Source: Candidatus Binatia bacterium
GTDB lineage: Bacteria; Desulfobacterota; Binatia; Bin18
Reading direction: 5' to 3'
Assembly: GCA_963664395.2 (NCBI GenBank)
Contig: OY761159.2
Coordinates: 1,248,001-1,312,000 of the forward strand
DNA length: 64,000 nucleotides
Numbering within the stretch: the stretch's first letter is position 1; each line of letters opens with the position of its first letter. The notes under the pieces are model-generated. The model had not been told where the DNA came from and did not search any database. It saw only the letters and a list, made by a program, of their open reading frames with translations. Below, piece after piece: positions 48,994 to 57,884 of the stretch. A program made the translations under genes and the position numbers.

Positions 48994-49479
48994 CTATCTC
49001 CCCATTTTGAGCCGGTTCTCTTGCGCCCAGCCCTCTTTGAAAGGAACGGTAAAATACGGGGTGAGCGACATCTTCTTAAACTTCCACTCGCCGTTCTGTC
49101 TGACATACTCGTCGTCATAGCGAGCGGCCACGAAATACGCCTCCCCTTTTGAGATGGTCTTTGCTTCGAGGTAGGCATAGCCCTTGCCCGTATCCCCCTG
49201 CACATCAACCGCGTGGTTATGCATAAACTGTTTCACAAAAGACAGCAGGCTTTCGACTCCTTGAAAAAACTTTGTCAGCTCGGCCCGACCGGTAGCTTTG
49301 CCCAGATAGTCAAAATCGAGGACAGCATCCTCAGTGAACAGATCGGGAATAGCTTCCAATTCCCCCTCGTTGATGCACTCGTGATAACGAAACCGTAGCG
49401 AGCGAATAGCTTCGCGGTCACTCAAATCCTGAATCTTTGCTTCCAGGGCCTGCAAACGGGCTTCCATATCCTGAGACAT
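48994..49479 (-). CDS. SnoaL/NTF2-like protein
   Basis: L.DREAI..L..RY...LFTEDA...Y.DEYVRQNGEWKF. Confidence 0.88.
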   Translation of the reverse strand: MSQDMEARLQALEAKIQDLSDREAIRSLRFRYHECINEGELEAIPDLFTEDAVLDFDYLGKATGRAELTKFFQGVESLLSFVKQFMHNHAVDVQGDTGKGYAYLEAKTISKGEAYFVAARYDDEYVRQNGEWKFKKMSLTPYFTVPFKEGWAQENRLKMGR

Positions 49480-49498
49480 TGTTTCCTCCCTTTTAGCT

Positions 49499-50596
49499 TT
49501 ATTCTTTCGGTTCCAAACCTTCAAACCACGGCAGCACCAGGGTTTCATTGATGGTGTAGGTCAAAGCGTGGCTCCAGTCGGGCAGCTCGGTGTACTTCAC
49601 CTTATAGCCGATGTGTTCGAGCAGTTCATTCGATGAGCGAACGGCTTCGACCGGAAAAATGAAGTCATGCACGCCGTGAATCACATGGATCGGCACATTG
49701 AGGCCTTGCTTTTGGCGCAGCATCCCATCCGTGGCGGGGCTCAGTTCGCCCGCAATGGGCGCCAACCCGGCAAAGAGTTCAGCCTGGTCCAGTCCCAGCA
49801 AATACGTGTAGGTCCCACCATCAGACAGACCGGACAGATACACCCGCGACCGATCAACGCGATAGGTCTCACACACGCTGTCAAACATGGCCCGGATTGA
49901 CCGGCTATCAACCGGCGGTTGCAGGACGGACCACGTCGGACCCAAGGACTTTGGCGACAGCAGCAGATAGCCCTTGCTCTTGGCCGGCCGCAGCCACGTC
50001 CAGATGTAGTCATCACCCCGGCCATACCCACCGTGGAGACAGACGATGAGCGGCCAGTCTTTGTCAGGGCTATAGTATTCCGGGACATATAATGAGTACT
50101 CGGCGTGTGCCTGAGTCTGTTGCTGATGGAGCATACCGACCGGTACCGCCACACCGTCAGCCCGCGTCTCCAAGGCGTCGCGCTGGGACACAGCCTCCGG
50201 CAGCAGCCAGTATTGGGAGAGCGTCGGGAGATGCGCGCGTTGGTTGTATAACAGATCCAGTCCTCGACACAGCGAGAAACGGCTATTGACAAACGCGCCA
50301 CCGAAATTTGGTCCGGGCAGCCCTCCAAGAAAAGCTGTGCTGGAATTGTTGAGATGCGTCAGCGCGGCAGAGAATGCAGCCTGAAACCCGGTGAGTTCTT
50401 CGGGCGGTTCGAGTGCAACACATGTGGACAGGGCCGTTTCAAAAAAATCACCAATAGTGTCTCGCAGCCGTCCTTGCGCCTCTGGAATCTTCCCAAAGTG
50501 CAGATTCTCCTGAATGTCTTCAAACGTCCGTAAAAAGAGCAGGATCTTTTCTTCCAGCGGCCGAATAGCCGCCTGATAGTCTGCCTTACTCGTCAT
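49499..50596 (-). CDS. Esterase/phospholipase-like alpha/beta hydrolase with helical N-terminal domain
   Basis: WPLIVCLHGG, RVYLSGLSDGG, HG..D..FP, H. Confidence 0.8.
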   Translation of the reverse strand: MTSKADYQAAIRPLEEKILLFLRTFEDIQENLHFGKIPEAQGRLRDTIGDFFETALSTCVALEPPEELTGFQAAFSAALTHLNNSSTAFLGGLPGPNFGGAFVNSRFSLCRGLDLLYNQRAHLPTLSQYWLLPEAVSQRDALETRADGVAVPVGMLHQQQTQAHAEYSLYVPEYYSPDKDWPLIVCLHGGYGRGDDYIWTWLRPAKSKGYLLLSPKSLGPTWSVLQPPVDSRSIRAMFDSVCETYRVDRSRVYLSGLSDGGTYTYLLGLDQAELFAGLAPIAGELSPATDGMLRQKQGLNVPIHVIHGVHDFIFPVEAVRSSNELLEHIGYKVKYTELPDWSHALTYTINETLVLPWFEGLEPKE

Positions 50597-50727
50597 GCTT
50601 CCCCCGGCTCCGCTTCGACTCTCTCTATCTCTTAATCTCTGGCCTTCTCTCCTCTGTACAATCCTTTGCATCTGCTTGCAAATTGACCTATTCTCCTCAG
50701 GAGTTAGCTGTACACAAGGAGGGGATT

Positions 50728-51354
50728 ATGAGCACAGCAACGGCCCAGAGTGTCCCGCAGAGTACGCATGAGTTAGCCGGGCGCTTTGGCGATCCGGATC
50801 AACTCGCCGTCAAGCATAAGCTGCCCTATATCGATGAGGCTGCCGCGCGGTTTCTTGAGCAATGTCCGTTTGTGATTGTCTCAACCGCAGACACTCAAGG
50901 GCGGTGCGACGCCTCACCCAAGGGCGATCCGCCGGGGTTTATCGTAGTCGCAGACAAACACACCCTCTACCTCCCGGACCGGGCCGGTAACAAAATGTTC
51001 CAGAGTATCAGCAATATTCTGGAGAACCCGCACGTCGGCCTACTCTTTCTCATTCCCGGCGAGGAATGGACCATGCGCATCAACGGCCGCGCCCGGATTG
51101 CCGACGAACCTCAGCTCTTGGAAAAACTCAGCGCCCGAGGACGTCCGGCTCAGCTTGCCATCGAAGTCAGCGTCGAAGAATGCTACTTCCACTGCCCCAA
51201 GTCGTTCAAACGCGCCGAGTTGTGGAATGCGGATAAATTTCACAGCTACCAAGGCGACTCGTGGGGCGCCATCCTGGCGCAACGGACAGAGATGGAAAAA
51301 AGAAAAGCCGCGGAATTGGATACTCTGATTGAAGAGTCGGTCAAGAATTTGTAG
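50728..51354 (+). CDS. Pyridoxamine 5'-phosphate oxidase-like FMN-binding protein (MSMEG_1061 type)
   Basis: DASPKGDPPGF, PDRAGN, NPHVGLLFLIPG, YFHCPK. Confidence 0.88.
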   Translation: MSTATAQSVPQSTHELAGRFGDPDQLAVKHKLPYIDEAAARFLEQCPFVIVSTADTQGRCDASPKGDPPGFIVVADKHTLYLPDRAGNKMFQSISNILENPHVGLLFLIPGEEWTMRINGRARIADEPQLLEKLSARGRPAQLAIEVSVEECYFHCPKSFKRAELWNADKFHSYQGDSWGAILAQRTEMEKRKAAELDTLIEESVKNL

Positions 51355-51393
51355 CGGCAATCGACCCGATTGCCCTGCTCTGGTGAGGAAAGC

Positions 51394-52197
51394 ATGCCCA
51401 CGCTGCGCATCGATGAGTCCCTCGATCTGCACTACGAACTCGACGATTTTACCGACCCCTGGACCGCCTCGGAAACCATTCTGCTCGTACACGGCGTTGC
51501 CGATACGAGCCTAGCCTGGTTCGCCTGGGTGCCTCGTCTGGCACGCCAATTCCGGGTGCTGCGGCCAGACCTGAGGGGTTTTGGGCATTCTTCCGTTCCG
51601 CCCGCAGACTATGACTGGTCTCTGCCTGGCTTTGCCCAAGACCTCCGGGCTCTGCTCGATCAACTGGAGATTGCGACCGTTCACGTGGTAGGGCAGCGTG
51701 TAGGTGGAAGCGTCGCCATGCAATTTGCGCATGACTATCCCGGCTGTGTCACAAGCCTGACCGTCATTGGTGGGCCGGCGACGCTCTCCAAAAGCTCCCT
51801 CAACCCGGACGCCTGGCTCACCCAGGTCCAACAGGACGGGGTCGAAGCCTGGGCGCGTAGCACAATGGATCGTCGTTTGGGCAACGTGAGCCCAGCGATG
51901 AAGGAATGGTGGATTACCGCCATGGGCAAGGCATCACCCCAGGTGATGGCCGGCATCTTTCGCTATGTCAGGAATATGGACATCACCGCATTGCTCCCCC
52001 AGATTCAGGCTCCAACCCTGGTGATCACCAGCGACCGGAGTGCGCTGGCTTCGGTCGAAACCGTGCGTGACTGGCAGACGCGTATTCCGAACTCTCAGCT
52101 TTTGGTTTTACCCAGTGCGGCCTATCATCTGGCGGCGGCTCTGCCGGAAGAATGTGCCGAGGCAACACTCAAATTTATTGCGGGTCTGGCTGATTGA
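51394..52197 (+). CDS. Alpha/beta hydrolase fold protein lacking the nucleophile Ser
   Basis: LLVHG, PDLRGFGHS; elbow reads GQRVGG. Confidence 0.85.
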   Translation: MPTLRIDESLDLHYELDDFTDPWTASETILLVHGVADTSLAWFAWVPRLARQFRVLRPDLRGFGHSSVPPADYDWSLPGFAQDLRALLDQLEIATVHVVGQRVGGSVAMQFAHDYPGCVTSLTVIGGPATLSKSSLNPDAWLTQVQQDGVEAWARSTMDRRLGNVSPAMKEWWITAMGKASPQVMAGIFRYVRNMDITALLPQIQAPTLVITSDRSALASVETVRDWQTRIPNSQLLVLPSAAYHLAAALPEECAEATLKFIAGLAD

Positions 52198-52295
52198 ACG
52201 CTTTTCCCCACCTGTGCTGACAGGCAACCGTCTGCGACATATTCTCCAGCGATACAGGCAGGGCGGCCAGGGCAACGCCCTGGCCTCTCTCAGTG

Positions 52296-52604
52296 CTACT
52301 GCAGGGGCGAGAAGCTGGCCGGGGTCAGGATTTTGTTGTACTGGCTGACAATCATGCCTTGGGCCTTAGGACGAAACACCTGCATCTGAGGGTCTTCCGC
52401 CTGGGCTGCACGGGCTTGCGCCCGGTGATTCATATCCTCATAGGCCCAAATGTGGACGACCTCGTTTAACGGACCGACCTCGGTTGACCACCAGCCGACC
52501 AGTTTGGAGTATTTGCTGATGACTGGCAGTCCTTCTTCTATGAGCGCCTGAAACTCCGGCACCTTACCCGGTTGTAGCGTATATACACGCATCTCATACA
52601 CCAT
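52296..52604 (-). CDS. NIPSNAP family protein
   Basis: YEMRVYTLQPG...EVGPLNEVVHIWAY...P..FSPLQ. Confidence 0.92.
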   Translation of the reverse strand: MVYEMRVYTLQPGKVPEFQALIEEGLPVISKYSKLVGWWSTEVGPLNEVVHIWAYEDMNHRAQARAAQAEDPQMQVFRPKAQGMIVSQYNKILTPASFSPLQ

Positions 52605-52723
52605 AGTGTGATCCTCCCTGTTTTTAAGATTTTCAACTCCCAACACAGGTCTTTAGTGCCTTTCGGATAGTAGTGTCAAAGTCCGCATTCATTGAAGTGG
52701 GAACGCAGAGACCTGAAAGGGTC

Positions 52724-53653
52724 TTACCCAAACTCCGGCGCGACCTTGGTAGCAAACAGCTCGATGTCTTCGAGGAGTTGGTCTTGTGGTTCGAGACCGT
52801 TGTAAGCGACCAGGGAGAAATACTCGAACGGAATCTCCTCATAGACCTCGGCCACCTGGCGTTTGACGTCATCGACTGTGCCCGCCACGATCAGCCCCGT
52901 GTTGAGCACCCGCTCAAGCATGGACCCACTGCCTTCGCTGAGTAAAACCGGGAAGAAGTGCGAGGCAAACTCCGAGAAAAACGGCACGATACATTTTTCC
53001 ACTTCTTCGTAGGCTGCTTCTCGCGTCTTACTGACATACAAGAAGCGCAACAATCCCTGCCCCTGTCCTGGGCTGAGGGTGCGACCTAGCTGGGCCGCGC
53101 CTTCCCGGTAGGCGACATCCTGGATACGTGCCCCGGCCATGGGCGCAAAATAACAACAGGTGAATCCTTGCTCACCCGACCAGCGCGCCGAGTCCGCACT
53201 GCCCGATGAACTGATAAAGACGGGTGGATGCGGCCGTTGGTAGGGCGCCGGCACCACGCTGATCTGGCGTACCCGATTCTGCTCGTCTATTTCTCCGGGC
53301 GCGCCATACTCCTGAGCACACGGATAGGCCGGATAGTCTTCGATGCCTTCGTGCGGGAACGGCACTTTGAAGAAATCGCCGTTATACGAAAAGCTCGGTT
53401 CGGTCCAGGCTTTTTTGACAATGGTGACCATCTCACGAAAGATCTCCTGGTTCACATCATCCGCGGTGGCTTGTTGCGCAGACTCGCGGTTCGACAAGGT
53501 TGGTAAGGTTTTGTACTGCTGCCCCAGCGTTCTGACCCAACGCGCCTGATAGCCGCGGGCAAAGCCGACAAAGAACCGACCCTTGAGAATATGATCCAGC
53601 ACCGCGGTCTCTTCCGCCACGCGCAACGGATTTTGCGTGCCCATTTGAATCAT
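52724..53653 (-). pseudogene. LLM-class oxidoreductase, apparently 5'-truncated
   Basis: Begins at NPLRVAEETAVLDH, which lies near residue 105 of the full-length LLM at 21510. The EHH motif region is absent and only about 136 bp separate it from the next gene. Confidence 0.65.
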
Positions 53654-53789
53654 TGTTTTCGTTACTAAGCTCTTCTGATTGGCTCTCCTGCCTTATCCGC
53701 CGGTGTCCTCTCTCGTCAAGCGTCCGAGCGTCGCACGACTTGCACTCTCACCCAGGCTTCGACTACGCTCCGAGCCGGAGGGCCAAGGT

Positions 53790-54926
53790 ATGGGGCTTCA
53801 GGAACTGTGTGACACCGTCTGCATTGTTGGTGTGGGTGATACCAAACAAGGCGCAGTCCCGGACAAGACTGGCGACGAGTTAGCCATAGAAGCGGCTCGG
53901 GCCGCGTTAGAGGATTGCGGTCTGAAAAAAGACGATATTGACGGCTTATTTGTTCAGCCCAGCTACGGCAGGCAGGGCGATTATCTCAAAGTTGGGCTGA
54001 TGCTCGGCTTGAATCCAAAGGTCGGCGGCGCGGTCGAGGCATCAGGGGCAACCGGCTGTTATATGATTCAGCATGCCGCCCTGCTGCTCAACGCCGGCAT
54101 GGCTCAGTACATCCTGCTGGTGTACGGCACGAACCAGAAGACGAATCGGAATAGATTCGGTGGGGCCCTGCTCGAAGAACACGCTCCCTACGGCGCCTTT
54201 AATCCATCCGGACCGTTTGCGTTTGCCTTTCGGCGTCACATGCATTTGTACGGGACAACCGAAGAGCAGCTGGCCACGATTGCGATTAATCAGCGCACGC
54301 ATGCCAGGCTGAATCCCAAAGCCGTCCAGCAAACACCGCTCACGCTCGACGATTATATGAGTGCCCGTTACATTGTGGAGCCCCTCAGATTATTTGACTA
54401 TTGCTATATCACCGACGGCGGGCACGCCTTTATCCTGACAACGGCGGACCGCGCTGCAGATCTGAAAAAGCCACCAGTCTATATCCGGGGGATGGGTCGC
54501 CAGGAGGCTTTTCGCGCGTATGAAACGCCCGACCTGGTGATGCAGAGTTTTCAGCAGGAAGCGGTCGCCAAGATGGTCTTTGATATGGCTGGCTGCACGC
54601 CACAGGACATGCAAGCATTATATGTCCAGGATGCGTACAGCCCGGCCGTGATCGCAGCCTTGGAAAATTACGGCTTTTGTCCGCGGGGTGAATCCGGCCG
54701 CTGGATTCAAGACGGGCGGATCGCTCTGGGCGGCGAACTGCCGCTGAACGTCAACGGTGGGCAATTGTCTGAAACCTATATGGTCGGCTGGCAAAACACC
54801 TGTGATGCCGTTCGGCAGTTGCGAGGCGCATGTGGCGAGCGACAGATCAAGGATGTGGAACGCCTCATGTGTACGTACACCGGCGGCTTGCGCGAGCATG
54901 CCGGCGCATTGATTTTGCGGAACTAA
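53790..54926 (+). CDS. Thiolase-superfamily protein (SCP-x/Ltp2-like)
   Basis: IVGVG, HARLNP.A, PLRLFDYC.ITDG, LPLNVNGGQLS; paired with a DUF35 gene. Confidence 0.88.
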   Translation: MGLQELCDTVCIVGVGDTKQGAVPDKTGDELAIEAARAALEDCGLKKDDIDGLFVQPSYGRQGDYLKVGLMLGLNPKVGGAVEASGATGCYMIQHAALLLNAGMAQYILLVYGTNQKTNRNRFGGALLEEHAPYGAFNPSGPFAFAFRRHMHLYGTTEEQLATIAINQRTHARLNPKAVQQTPLTLDDYMSARYIVEPLRLFDYCYITDGGHAFILTTADRAADLKKPPVYIRGMGRQEAFRAYETPDLVMQSFQQEAVAKMVFDMAGCTPQDMQALYVQDAYSPAVIAALENYGFCPRGESGRWIQDGRIALGGELPLNVNGGQLSETYMVGWQNTCDAVRQLRGACGERQIKDVERLMCTYTGGLREHAGALILRN

Positions 54927-54941
54927 ACCGGAGAAAGACCC

Positions 54942-55364
54942 ATGCCCGACTACAACAAACCCCTGCCCGTGATCGAAAAATGGAACGAACCGTATTGGCA
55001 AGCCGCCAAACGTCATGAATTTCTTGCCCAACACTGCACAGCCTGCGGCTATATCCACCTGCCACCCGGACCGGCCTGCACGAACTGCCTCAGCCCGGAC
55101 CAGGACTGGGTTCAACTCAGCGGCAAGGGCACAATTTATTCGTATGGCATTTACCACCAGCAATGGCACCCCGGCTTTGCCGACGCCATCCCCTACAACG
55201 TCGCGCTTATCGATCTGGATGAGGGGCTCCAGATTATGAGCCAGGTCGTTGAGTGTGAGAATGATGCCCTTGGCTGTGGTCTGCCGGTTGAAGTCACCTT
55301 TGATGATGTGACTCCAGAAATTACGTTACCAAAATTCCGTCTCGTAGGGACGAAGCAAGCCTAG
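54942..55364 (+). CDS. DUF35 Zn-ribbon/OB-fold protein (ChsH2-like)
   Basis: CTACG...P..ACTNC, SGKGTIYSY, PY.VALIDLDEG. Confidence 0.92.
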   Translation: MPDYNKPLPVIEKWNEPYWQAAKRHEFLAQHCTACGYIHLPPGPACTNCLSPDQDWVQLSGKGTIYSYGIYHQQWHPGFADAIPYNVALIDLDEGLQIMSQVVECENDALGCGLPVEVTFDDVTPEITLPKFRLVGTKQA

Positions 55365-55388
55365 GCGTTTGCCAAAAGGAGGAATCAG

Positions 55389-56285
55389 ATGCGCATAGGA
55401 TTTATTGGACTCGGCAATATGGGCGGCCCGATGGCCTCGCATATCATCGCGGCCGGACACGAGGTGACCGTCCACGACCTGCGTCAAGAAGCGGCGCAGT
55501 CCCAGCTTGAACACGGCGCCACGTGGGCCGACAGTCCCCAGGCCGTTGCGGCGGCGAGTGAGATGACCTTCACCTCGCTGCCCGGCCCAACCGAGGTTGA
55601 AGCGGTCGCTTTAGGTGAAGCAGGAATCCTGCGCGGGTCGTACCCCAACTCCGTCTATATCGATCTCTCGACCAGCTCGCCGACACTCATTCGAGAGATT
55701 CACGCCACCTGCCAAGAGCAAAACGTCCATGTCCTTGATGCCCCTGTCAGTGGCGGACCGGTCGGAGCCCAAGCCGCCACGCTGGCGGTCATGGTCGGCG
55801 GTGACCAAGCCATCTATGAGCGAGTCAAACCGGTCCTCGACGCGATTGGCAACAAGGTTTCCTACGTCGGCGGGATTGGCTGTGGTCTGATTGCCAAGAT
55901 TGTCCATAATATGGTCAGCAACGGGTTTCGCGCCCTCCTGGCGGAGGGACTGACCGTCGGCGTGAAGGCCGGGGTTGAACCCGAGGCTCTCCGCCGCGCC
56001 ATTGCAGACGGCGCTATGGGCCAGGGACTCACCCTGAACCACACCCTGCCGCAACGCATATTCAAAGGCGATTTCGATACCGTCCGCTTCGCTTTACGTC
56101 TCGCCCGCAAGGATGTCGGGCTGGCAACAAGCTTGGGGCGGGAGTTTGACGTGCCAATGAAAATGGCCAACCTGTTGGAGCAGGAATTCATCGAGGCCCT
56201 GGCCCGCGGCTGGGGCGAGCGCGACTCGACCTCAGTGTTTCTATTGCAAGAGGAGCGGGCCGGCGTGAAAGTCCGCTCTTCATAA
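55389..56285 (+). CDS. NAD(P)-dependent beta-hydroxyacid dehydrogenase (3-hydroxyisobutyrate dehydrogenase family)
   Basis: IGFIGLGNMGGPMA, DAPVSGG, KIVHN, KD. Confidence 0.92.
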   Translation: MRIGFIGLGNMGGPMASHIIAAGHEVTVHDLRQEAAQSQLEHGATWADSPQAVAAASEMTFTSLPGPTEVEAVALGEAGILRGSYPNSVYIDLSTSSPTLIREIHATCQEQNVHVLDAPVSGGPVGAQAATLAVMVGGDQAIYERVKPVLDAIGNKVSYVGGIGCGLIAKIVHNMVSNGFRALLAEGLTVGVKAGVEPEALRRAIADGAMGQGLTLNHTLPQRIFKGDFDTVRFALRLARKDVGLATSLGREFDVPMKMANLLEQEFIEALARGWGERDSTSVFLLQEERAGVKVRSS

Positions 56286-56999
56286 CACTGGCTCCGCCCC
56301 TATGGCGTCCAGACCAGCTTGGGCGCAGTCGATGTCCTCAGCCTCAGTGCCGCCACTCGCCCCAACACCGCCGAGCAACCTGCCCTCAACAATAATCGGC
56401 AGTCCTCCGCCGGCGAGGAGCATGGGTTCATCAATCAACTGGGTCAGACTCTGAAATAAGTCCGGGCGTTGCTCGGCCAGCTCTTCCACCGCTGCCGAAG
56501 GGCGCCGGAACGTTGCCGCAGTAAAGGCTTTTGCCTGGGCGACCCGGGTCGTCATCCAGCGGGCCCCGTCCATACGGATCAGCGCTACCTGGCGCCCGGT
56601 CGCATCGACGACGGCAAAGCTCATGGCCCAGCCTTGTTTTATCGCTTCTGCCTTGGCCGCTTCAAGAAACTGCTCGGCCAAGGCTAACGTCAAGGTTGTC
56701 GGTCGTTCTGCGTGTCCGGCGGGTTTCGCCGTTTGTTCAGATGATTCCACCGCCTCCACCGCCTCCACCGCCTCCACCGCCTCCACCGCCTCCACCGCCT
56801 CCACCGCCTCCACCGCCTCCACCGCCTCCACCGCCTCTTGGCCAGACGGCTGCGCTGGGCGCGGCTCCGGCTTGGCATCTTCAGCCGCCTCTGGTACGAC
56901 TCCTTGTCCTTGCTCCTGTGCCTGCACCCAAAGGGACGTCAGACCCATGCTCAAGACCAGACCCAGGACAACACCAACACCTCGTATTTCTTTACCCAT
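56280..56999 (-). CDS. Exported GlcG/HbpS family protein with (EAV)10 linker
   Basis: Signal peptide ending VQA; GlcG domain closely similar to 41486-41896. Confidence 0.85.
   Translation of the reverse strand: MGKEIRGVGVVLGLVLSMGLTSLWVQAQEQGQGVVPEAAEDAKPEPRPAQPSGQEAVEAVEAVEAVEAVEAVEAVEAVEAVEAVESSEQTAKPAGHAERPTTLTLALAEQFLEAAKAEAIKQGWAMSFAVVDATGRQVALIRMDGARWMTTRVAQAKAFTAATFRRPSAAVEELAEQRPDLFQSLTQLIDEPMLLAGGGLPIIVEGRLLGGVGASGGTEAEDIDCAQAGLDAIGAEPVL
56746..56835. repeat. Perfect 9-bp tandem repeat x10
   Basis: (TCCACCGCC)10; encodes (EAV)n on the minus strand. Confidence 0.95.
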
Positions 57000-57151
57000 C
57001 TCCCTCTCCCTTCCACATGGCGTCGTAGCATCGGACAGATCTATGATAGCAAATAGAATCGGCAAACAGAAGCTCACAGGAGCATTTCTTGTCACCGAGC
57101 GTAAGGCTTGCTATGGCAAATGCTCCAGAAATCTTTTCGGAGGAATACACT

Positions 57152-57562
57152 ATGACACCAGATGAGTTGACTCGTGAAAAAGCAGCTATTGCCGAGCTTA
57201 TTGCACGCTACAACTTTGCCATCGACCACAATGACTTTCAGGGCTGGGCCGACTGCTTTACCCCGGATGGTATTTTTAACGGTGTGATTGGTCGGTTTGC
57301 CGCCCACCGCGACCTCGACCGATTTATCGCTGAGGTCAAACGCCTGACGGCCGACACGCCCAACCTCCGCCATCACATCTCCAACATCCTCACCGAGGTT
57401 GACGGAGAGACCGCCCACTCCCGTTGCTTCCTCATGATGACATCGACAACGCAAGAGCACGGAACGAAAATCGCGATTGCAGGAGAATACGAAGACCGTC
57501 TGGTCAAACACGAGGGGCAGTGGCGATTTGCCGAGAGAACAGTCTCCGCGGACGGCGCCTGA
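57152..57562 (+). CDS. SnoaL/NTF2-like protein
   Basis: AIAELIARY..AID...FTPDG...RHHISN...G.YEDRLVK.EGQWRF. Confidence 0.88.
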   Translation: MTPDELTREKAAIAELIARYNFAIDHNDFQGWADCFTPDGIFNGVIGRFAAHRDLDRFIAEVKRLTADTPNLRHHISNILTEVDGETAHSRCFLMMTSTTQEHGTKIAIAGEYEDRLVKHEGQWRFAERTVSADGA

Positions 57563-57667
57563 TGCCTCATTCGACCGTTTGACTTTCGTAATCGGACAGT
57601 TCCATGTTCTCAAAATTCACAGCGGAGTGGGCAGGTCCGCTTTTGATACCATCCTCGCGTTTCTTTT

Positions 57668-57762
57668 AAAGGAATATATCGCCGAACACTTCGCCCCAGC
57701 GCCGGAAGATGTGATAGCAAAAGTCGGCGGCGGGAATGCGGCCGAACTGTACGGTATTCAAG
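57668..57762 (+). pseudogene. C-terminal remnant of an amidohydrolase_2 family gene
   Basis: KEYIAEHFAPAPEDVIAKVGGGNAAELYGI matches the typical K..GGNAA.LY terminus. Confidence 0.5.
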
Positions 57763-57798
57763 CGGTATTCAATAGGAAAAAGAATAGGCAACGCCGTG

Positions 57799-57856
57799 TT
57801 GACATCAATAGTCGGCCTATGGCATGGTTCGGTACACAGACTGAGTGAACGTTCAA
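57799..57856 (+). promoter_or_regulatory. Candidate sigma70 promoter with downstream operator palindrome
   Basis: TTGACA at 57799; perfect palindrome TGAACGTTCA at 57846-57855, before the RBS. The -10 box is weak. Confidence 0.45.
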
Positions 57857-57884
57857 TTTTTTCGATCAATTAGGGAGGGCACAT

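Noticed and set aside
56531-57165. Poly-Pro, (TAS)n and (RRW)n ORFs
   Set aside because: Alternative frames of the 9-bp repeat; the real gene is the minus-strand GlcG.
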